A stretch of 10,422 nucleotides of DNA from Oligoflexales bacterium (GTDB taxonomy: Bacteria; Bdellovibrionota_B; Oligoflexia; Oligoflexales; Bog-1112): assembly GCA_045105515.1 (NCBI GenBank), contig JBGCDR010000218.1, forward strand, positions 1 to 10,422. Reading direction: 5' to 3'. The position numbers and the translations under genes are program-made. Positions 1 to 6,447 of this stretch are shown here, piece by piece; position 1 is the stretch's first letter; the number at the start of each line of letters is the position of its first letter. Under the pieces are notes generated by a model. It saw only the letters and a list, made by a program, of their open reading frames with translations. It made no database searches and was not told where the DNA came from.

Positions 1-35
1 TTCACTTGTCTTTCCGGTAACATGAAAATAAACAT
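1..35 (-). CDS. Possible 5' end of a gene running off the left edge (MFIFMLPERQV...)
   Basis: On the minus strand GGAGG (47-43) lies 7 nt upstream of an ATG at 35-33, and the frame stays open to the window edge. Only 11 codons are visible. Confidence 0.3.
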   Translation of the reverse strand, partial: MFIFMLPERQV

Positions 36-124
36 ATCAAGCCCTCCCAGAATTACGTTTGGGATCAGCTTATCAATATTTACATAATAATCATATAAAA
101 TAATAATATTAGCTGGTTAAAAAA

Positions 125-322
125 TTAGACAACTCTAATTAGCCAAGGATGTTTGTCAGCGTGCAACATAAACTGCTGATACAAATTCTTTACACCTGCA
201 AAGCCCTCATTGACCTGTCTAGGAAATTTTCCAGTTAGTACATTAAGCACTTTATCAACCTTATCCAAAGATTCAGACTTTGCTGCGACTATTTTTTCTA
301 GACTTATGCTTAGTTTTGTCAT
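125..322 (-). CDS. Small hypothetical protein (65 aa), possibly a gene remnant
   Basis: ATG-started ORF with protein-like composition, co-oriented with its neighbours. No clear motif and no clear SD. Confidence 0.35.
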   Translation of the reverse strand: MTKLSISLEKIVAAKSESLDKVDKVLNVLTGKFPRQVNEGFAGVKNLYQQFMLHADKHPWLIRVV

Positions 323-478
323 TTAAACTACCAATTTAGTATATCAATCTCGCACCTAGAACTCTTATCGTCATATCCACACGAAAAAGTTACCCTGGTG
401 GCTTTTAATTTATATATACATAATGTTATGGGAACTATAAGATTCTCAATAAGATGCACGAAACTGGGTTTTTACCGA

Positions 479-1090
479 CTACAATTTATAAAGGCCCCAT
501 AGATCTCCACATTCACTCCTCACATCCAATGGCTGAAAACGGGACCCAAACTCTTCCCGAAAATTAGATAGGTAGAAATTCCAACCCTGCTCTGATTTGA
601 TTTCTTGCGTATGATAATCAACCTCGATCACGAACAAAAACCTTGATACCCGTTTAAATTCATCATAGAGACTATTGCGGTCTTCATAAGGTATACGTTT
701 AATGACTGCAGAGGTAAAAATTAAATCGAAGTAATTATCTTCAAATGGAATCTTCATACCATCGTACAACCTAAACTCGCAACTAGGTACTTTATCACTC
801 GCTTCTTCAATAGACCTAGGATTAATATCAACTCCAAACCCTTCAACATCGGTAAATTCATTGCAAATGAAATTTAGTATCAAGCCATTATCGCAGCCAA
901 AATCTAAGATACGTTTTCGCTCCCAAATAACCTGAGCAAGTACCCTAGTAAAAGAAGCTACGGGAGCCTGATATCCGCATTCCTTATAGAAATTCCAAAC
1001 TTCACCCAGTTCTTGTGGGCTTGAATAGTCTTTTTCCAAATTTTTCTTCATTGTTTTATAATCTGATTTTTTCACTTTTAACAAGCCCAA
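479..1090 (-). CDS. Class I SAM-dependent methyltransferase (Methyltransf_11/25-like)
   Basis: Motif I RILDFGCDNG, acidic residue at the end of beta2 (GVDIN), and the IPFEDNYFDLIF motif typical of UbiE/Methyltransf_11-type enzymes. The ORF start is TTG at 1090; an in-frame ATG at 1051 (MKKNLEK) is an alternative start. Confidence 0.85.
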   Translation of the reverse strand: MGLLKVKKSDYKTMKKNLEKDYSSPQELGEVWNFYKECGYQAPVASFTRVLAQVIWERKRILDFGCDNGLILNFICNEFTDVEGFGVDINPRSIEEASDKVPSCEFRLYDGMKIPFEDNYFDLIFTSAVIKRIPYEDRNSLYDEFKRVSRFLFVIEVDYHTQEIKSEQGWNFYLSNFREEFGSRFQPLDVRSECGDLWGLYKL

Positions 1091-1148
1091 TCATCTAAAT
1101 GTATTACTGTTTTTTCCCTGCAACGATACCGCAATTTGCGAGATTAAT

Positions 1149-2078
1149 CTATGGGATTTTTTCGCCAAGCTTCAAGAATTCAAGTTTCTCCGCCACCTGC
1201 GCAGCAACAATTTTATTGTGATCGAAAACAAAATCATGAGGGACTTCCTCAGAAGCTAAGTCTATATCTATATCTGGATAGGTTTCCTGCATTTGCTGGC
1301 AGAAATGTAAAGGTACATAAGGATCCTTATGAGAAAATATCAATGAGATCTTATCTGAATGGTAGTTTAGAAATTGATGGCATTCGTCATCAATTTTTCT
1401 GATAAATTTAATTTCATCCCAGGCAAGTGACAACACATTATTTATTAGCCTAAATTGATGGATATTATCTTCGAGAAGGTACTTGACTTCTTCAGACTGT
1501 CCGCAATACCATTTAAGAATTGACTCTCTTACCTTCTTTGGTAAAGCATGGACTAAACCAGCTAAGCCTTGCCTCAATATGGGTCGAGCTGACAAGCGAA
1601 TAGCTAAAGGTATTCCGATACGTAAGTGCTGAATAGTAGGAAACAATCCAATAAGTTTGAAGACTTTTAAATCCGGAACCCTAGCGAGGGATTTGAAACT
1701 AAGATATGAGCCAAGACTATGACTTAAGACCACAAGCTGTTTTACACTATTGGGAGGTAAACCTAAGCTTGTTGGATGACTTAAAACCAGGTTAAAAAAA
1801 TTTACTTTGTGATCTATTTGAGCTTCTAAACTCACTTCTTCAACTGAACAACTACCACAATGTCCTGCTTGGCTAAGACCTAGAACACCGACTCTCCCAC
1901 AAGATCGACTTAAGATATCATATAGAAATGGACGGTAAAAATGAATTATACCAGGATTCCCAGGAATGAAGATTAGCAGTTTTTCAAGTATCCCACCTTT
2001 AGGTAAGATACTTAAAACTTGTGTCGAAGTCTGTTTTTGACCTACCCTTACCTGATAAGTTTTTTCTATTAAACACAT
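1149..2078 (-). CDS. Alpha/beta hydrolase of the lipid droplet-associated hydrolase (LDAH/DUF2305, yeast YPR147C-like) family
   Basis: Family motifs occur in the expected order: IFIPGNPGxxxFY, GLSQAGH, SLEAQIDHK, nucleophile elbow SHSLG (S121), LFPTI, KDPYVP (D252), VPHDF (H281). Upstream AGGGAG is a possible SD. Confidence 0.85.
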   Translation of the reverse strand: MCLIEKTYQVRVGQKQTSTQVLSILPKGGILEKLLIFIPGNPGIIHFYRPFLYDILSRSCGRVGVLGLSQAGHCGSCSVEEVSLEAQIDHKVNFFNLVLSHPTSLGLPPNSVKQLVVLSHSLGSYLSFKSLARVPDLKVFKLIGLFPTIQHLRIGIPLAIRLSARPILRQGLAGLVHALPKKVRESILKWYCGQSEEVKYLLEDNIHQFRLINNVLSLAWDEIKFIRKIDDECHQFLNYHSDKISLIFSHKDPYVPLHFCQQMQETYPDIDIDLASEEVPHDFVFDHNKIVAAQVAEKLEFLKLGEKIP

Positions 2079-2311
2079 AAGCGAATAAGCTCCCTGAAAA
2101 AACTAGATCTATAATTAGTTTCTTATTTATTTACATGTTGAGTCTCACAATCATTGTACCAGCTAAATTTCCCTCATATTAAATTTGCTTTTGAATCTAC
2201 GTAAAAAAACCTAATATGTACAAAAATTATGGCAACTAAGCCTAGCTACTTTTATGAGTATTTTTCTTAATCATAGCACAGATTAAAAAGTCACACTTAA
2301 ATAAAAAAACC

Positions 2312-2336
2312 GATCAATAAGATATACTTATTGATC
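2312..2336. promoter_or_regulatory. Perfect 10-bp inverted repeat, candidate operator in the divergent intergenic region
   Basis: GATCAATAAG-ATATA-CTTATTGATC: the arms are exact reverse complements. It lies between the divergent LDAH-like gene and the AAA/vWA operon. Confidence 0.4.
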
Positions 2337-2390
2337 AAAGTAAAGATAGTTTTTGCCAAAATCCATCTAACACCATAAAAAATAACAAAA

Positions 2391-2576
2391 ATGGAAAATA
2401 AGAAAAAATGTTATTCTCAAGATTTCGTATTATATAATCCTAAAACATATTGTTTATTACCATTAATATTAATAATATTATTTATAATAGACTTTGCTAA
2501 ATTAACAAACAAACATGAAATAATAGAGTTTTTTTTCGGTTTTTTAATGATTTTATTTTTTTGGTTGGGTATATAG
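2391..2576 (+). CDS. Possible small membrane protein (61 aa, two hydrophobic segments)
   Basis: Hydrophobic stretches YCLLPLILIILFII and IIEFFFGFLMILFFWLGI. There is no SD and the DNA is extremely AT-rich, so it may be spurious. Confidence 0.25.
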   Translation: MENKKKCYSQDFVLYNPKTYCLLPLILIILFIIDFAKLTNKHEIIEFFFGFLMILFFWLGI

Positions 2577-2647
2577 GGTCGGCAGACGAGCCATAAATAT
2601 CTTAATCGATCAAAGGTTTGTTCAAGATCAAATCAATCTGCCTAATG

Positions 2648-2653
2648 AAGGAG
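2648..2653 (+). promoter_or_regulatory. Shine-Dalgarno site of the AAA gene
   Basis: AAGGAG 8 nt upstream of ATG 2662. Confidence 0.8.
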
Positions 2654-2661
2654 TTTTACTA

Positions 2662-5600
2662 ATGCAACTCTTCAGCCTATTATCTGCAATTTCTTTAACA
2701 TCAGCTTTCATCACACCTCAACCTGGGGTATATAAGACCAAGAATAGCTTTATAAAAAGAAACCCAGAACAAACTTTTTTTCATCAAAAACACAACAATA
2801 AATTTGATTCTCGATTGATCTTTAACCAACCTTTCCGTCCTGATGTAGGATTAAACTCTTTTTCTTCTTTTGAAGGAGAGTATTGGTTTAAGCGTTATGA
2901 TTCAGTTTTTGCAAGCCCTTACAGTGAGTATAGCCATATCATTCACATCATTGAAGGAGTTCTGCAAAAAAGATCTCTAAACACAGATGAAACCGCATAC
3001 TTGGTTAAATTATTTTCAGATGTGGGACTTCCTAAAGAGTTTGAAGAGTATTTAACAAGCCAAAATAATGAAGATTCCGAGGCTCATGAGACAAAAGAAT
3101 ATACAAACCCAGTGTTCCCAAAAGATGGCACCCCATCTATGACGACTCGCTATCCAGATATTCCTTCTCAACGTTATAGAGACGACATCCCTCGAGAATA
3201 TCGTTTACTTAAAGATCCACGCAGCATTCTCAATAGAAGAAGCGTGGAAGACTTTATAGAAAATAGTAGATTTTCGCTTCAAGATATAAAATATCTCGGC
3301 AAAATGGTAAGAGAAGATTATGAATTTAGATCTAAAGTAAAAAAATACTTGAGCACACCAATCCACCAAAAATTAATTAGTGATGAATTTCTTCCATACT
3401 TTATCGATATCATGAAGTCAATTTATTCGCACTCCACTGATCATGAATTTTATGGAAAGATTCATCATCTCCAAATTAAAACTGAAAATGAAGAAGTGGT
3501 CTCCTTTTATGACTATTTTGCCAGCTCAAAAAGCAAATTAGTAGACCTAAAAAGCCAATTAGAAGATCCAAACCTTACAAATTTAAATAAAATTCATCAT
3601 ATCCTTGGAATTCTTGAATTAAATTATAAAAATGGCAGCCCTATTTCACCTGCAGATCTATGCAGTGTCTTATTGGAAACTCGCAAAAATTATCCAATTG
3701 TATTGATGCATCCTGATATGATTACTGAATTCACCCAAGTTGTTAGCGACCTAAAACATCCTCTAGAAATTATCATTATTGCTAGCTTAGTTGGAGTACC
3801 TCAAGATTATCAGGCAACGATGCTCGAAAAATTTGACCTTGAACAGTCGGAAAAAGAAATTTACCAATGGCTCGGCCATCAAATCGCCAATCTAGATTCC
3901 GACAATCTTGTATGGGTTCTTGATGAATTCTTAACACACCATGTTATTTCAGAGCAATCCATAGCATTTAAACTTGATTTATTATCTAGTAGCAGACACA
4001 GCGAAGCTATCGATAAACACTGGCAAAAATTTGAAAATAACCAAGATTTTGAGTGGTTCGTTAAAATTCTTGTCGACTACTCAGGATTACTAAATAAGCA
4101 AAAACAAGAAAAGTTTACAGCAGAAATTCTCGCATACATAGGTAAAACGAAGCCTATTGATGATAAACGGGACCTAGTTTTAAAAGGCTTAAGAGCTATG
4201 AAGCTTGGTGGATCGTCTAACGTTATAGAGGGAATGATCAAGCAAATTAAAGACGCATGCAACCAAGCATCTCCTGACAAAGATCAAATCATGGTAATGG
4301 TTAACCAATTAATGCTTGAAATGCACCACTGGGAAACAAAAGAATTATTAGACTACATTGTAAACGAGCATGGTGATTCTCGTGCACGCAAACATCAACA
4401 AAATTTAAGCAAGTGGCTAGACAAAAAAACGCATGCCAATTCTATTGATATACAAGGCATTGCCCTTCAAGTTAATGATGATCCTGTTTACCCTCAGATG
4501 GTCCCAGAAAAAGCCAGTGCTGCTCTTGTTATGACTAAAACAGCTAAAAGAGTTCTTAAAAACCTTGCTGGACAGTGGCGAACAGGGAGTGTGACTCTAT
4601 TAGAAGGACCAACCAGCGCAGGAAAAACAAGCTATGTAAAATATATGTCCTATTTAAGCAACTCTCCATATATGCGCATCAACTTATCAGCAAACACAGA
4701 TGTTCGTGACCTTATTGGTCGCTGGGTTGGTGGAGAAGAAAGGTTCCAACCAGACGAACTTAAGGGCTTCTCTGATCGACAACTTAACACCATTGCAAAA
4801 AACATGGGGATATTTGGGGCTAAGGTTAACCGAAATAAAATTATTGAACAGATTTTGTTAACTCAAAAAGAAGCTCATTGGGAAGATGGTCCGGTAGTTC
4901 AAGCAATGCGCCAGGGTATGGTTTTGCTTCTTGATGAACTTAATCTAGCTAAACCTCAAGTAATCGAAGCCTTAAATAGCCTCTTTGATTCAGGGCGCCT
5001 AACCATCGATGATCATGGAGGTGAGGTAGTGCAACTCCACCCAAAGACACATATATTTGCCACGATGAATCCTAGTACTTATGTTGGTCGCAACTCTATG
5101 TCTGAGGCTTTTTTGTCTCGTTGCAACAAACTATGGGTTGAGGCTCCTGACACAGAGGATGTGGTGCAAATTGTTGAAACCCTTTACCCAGGTGTCATAC
5201 CTCAATTAGAACTGGCAAAACTAGTTTCTACTCATGAAGCTCTAACTAACTTAGCTGATCAAGGTCATATAGGTAAAACTCTGGGAGGGATTGCTTACAC
5301 CCTGAGAAACCTATTTAGAGTGGTAGAACGTTATAAATACTTTCATGGAAATACAAACTTAAGTGCAGAGCAGTTACTCCTAAGGGAATTCCGGGAAGTC
5401 TACCTCAGCACAATCACTGATGAAGATGAGCTTAAAATCATAAACGATATTCTATTGCTCAATATGCCTGTTGATGAATCTGATTTCTATACTGACCTGA
5501 ATTTTACCATTAATGCTGATGGCTTCACTATTGGTGATGTAAGGGTTAAGGGCTTAAATTTAAGGCAAAGCGACCTCACACCTGATTTAAGGGATAGTGA

Positions 5601-6447
5601 GGTTGTCATGACTGACCGGACCAAAAAAATCTTTTATAAAATGGTTAAAGCTCTTGAACTCGGAGAACATGTTGCACTTGTAGGGGAACGAGCAAGCGGC
5701 AAAACTATCCTTGCTGAATACTATGCAGCATTGCGAGGTCAGCCATTCTATCGACAAGTTTTTTCTGCGAAATCGGACAATATGGAACTCATCGGTATGT
5801 ACACACCCAATGGTTGGCAAAATGGCTTACTTGTGAGAGCTGGGCTTTCTGAAGAACAAGGTAAAGGTGATTCTCCTGGAGTTTTTTTAGCAGATGAGTT
5901 CAACCAGGCGAATGATGCTGTTCAAGAACGCTTAAACTCATTATTAGATAAGGATCGCACTCTGTTTTTATCCGAAAAAGGTGGCGGAGAAAAAGTCACT
6001 TTCGCCGATGATTTCCGATTTATTGCAGCATTTAACCCCCCAAGTTACGCAGGAAGAAAACGCCTTTCAAAGGCAATGCAAAGTCGTCTCTCAGTACAGT
6101 TCGTTCCTAATTTAGAAAATAAAGAGGAATACCAAATTATTTTCTCTATTATCGCAAAGAAAAAGGGTGTTAGCCAAGGGATCGTTAGACGACTTGTTGA
6201 CCTGCACTTTTGGGTCAAAGAACAGATTGAAGCCAGAGAACTGGGCGATCAATTGATCAAAAATAAATATATTTTCTCCATCAGGCAATTAAGAAATGCT
6301 GTGAAAAGTTTAAGAGTCTTAACCGGTGAACAAGGTGATGTTGTAGATGGGTTTAAACTAGCTGCTGAACTAGTTTACGAGTCCGTATTTGAAAGCGAAG
6401 AGGATAAGGAAAAAGTCAGGACTAAAGTCAAGGAGCTTTGCAGATGA
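2662..6447 (+). CDS. Tandem double AAA+ ATPase (MoxR/dynein-related AAA_5, midasin-like) with signal-peptide-like leader and ~600 aa unknown N-terminal region
   Basis: Module 1: Walker A GPTSAGKT (4606-4629), RINLS..TD..DLIG, Walker B LLLDE (4924-4938), sensor I ATMNP, Arg-finger region AFLSR, sensor II TLRNL. Module 2: Walker A GERASGKT (5683-5706), Walker B FLADE (5884-5898), AAFNP, AMQSR, SIRQL. Strong SD. Confidence 0.92.
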   Translation: MQLFSLLSAISLTSAFITPQPGVYKTKNSFIKRNPEQTFFHQKHNNKFDSRLIFNQPFRPDVGLNSFSSFEGEYWFKRYDSVFASPYSEYSHIIHIIEGVLQKRSLNTDETAYLVKLFSDVGLPKEFEEYLTSQNNEDSEAHETKEYTNPVFPKDGTPSMTTRYPDIPSQRYRDDIPREYRLLKDPRSILNRRSVEDFIENSRFSLQDIKYLGKMVREDYEFRSKVKKYLSTPIHQKLISDEFLPYFIDIMKSIYSHSTDHEFYGKIHHLQIKTENEEVVSFYDYFASSKSKLVDLKSQLEDPNLTNLNKIHHILGILELNYKNGSPISPADLCSVLLETRKNYPIVLMHPDMITEFTQVVSDLKHPLEIIIIASLVGVPQDYQATMLEKFDLEQSEKEIYQWLGHQIANLDSDNLVWVLDEFLTHHVISEQSIAFKLDLLSSSRHSEAIDKHWQKFENNQDFEWFVKILVDYSGLLNKQKQEKFTAEILAYIGKTKPIDDKRDLVLKGLRAMKLGGSSNVIEGMIKQIKDACNQASPDKDQIMVMVNQLMLEMHHWETKELLDYIVNEHGDSRARKHQQNLSKWLDKKTHANSIDIQGIALQVNDDPVYPQMVPEKASAALVMTKTAKRVLKNLAGQWRTGSVTLLEGPTSAGKTSYVKYMSYLSNSPYMRINLSANTDVRDLIGRWVGGEERFQPDELKGFSDRQLNTIAKNMGIFGAKVNRNKIIEQILLTQKEAHWEDGPVVQAMRQGMVLLLDELNLAKPQVIEALNSLFDSGRLTIDDHGGEVVQLHPKTHIFATMNPSTYVGRNSMSEAFLSRCNKLWVEAPDTEDVVQIVETLYPGVIPQLELAKLVSTHEALTNLADQGHIGKTLGGIAYTLRNLFRVVERYKYFHGNTNLSAEQLLLREFREVYLSTITDEDELKIINDILLLNMPVDESDFYTDLNFTINADGFTIGDVRVKGLNLRQSDLTPDLRDSEVVMTDRTKKIFYKMVKALELGEHVALVGERASGKTILAEYYAALRGQPFYRQVFSAKSDNMELIGMYTPNGWQNGLLVRAGLSEEQGKGDSPGVFLADEFNQANDAVQERLNSLLDKDRTLFLSEKGGGEKVTFADDFRFIAAFNPPSYAGRKRLSKAMQSRLSVQFVPNLENKEEYQIIFSIIAKKKGVSQGIVRRLVDLHFWVKEQIEARELGDQLIKNKYIFSIRQLRNAVKSLRVLTGEQGDVVDGFKLAAELVYESVFESEEDKEKVRTKVKELCR
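6430..6447 (+). promoter_or_regulatory. SD and ATGA start/stop overlap (translational coupling)
   Basis: AAGGAG (6430-6435) lies 8 nt before ATG 6444-6446, which overlaps the upstream TGA (6445-6447). This places the start at 6444 rather than TTG 6438. Confidence 0.85.

Noticed and set aside
2353..2381. Sigma70-like promoter TTGCCA-N17-TAAAAA
   Set aside because: The -10 match is poor, and such matches are expected by chance in very AT-rich DNA.
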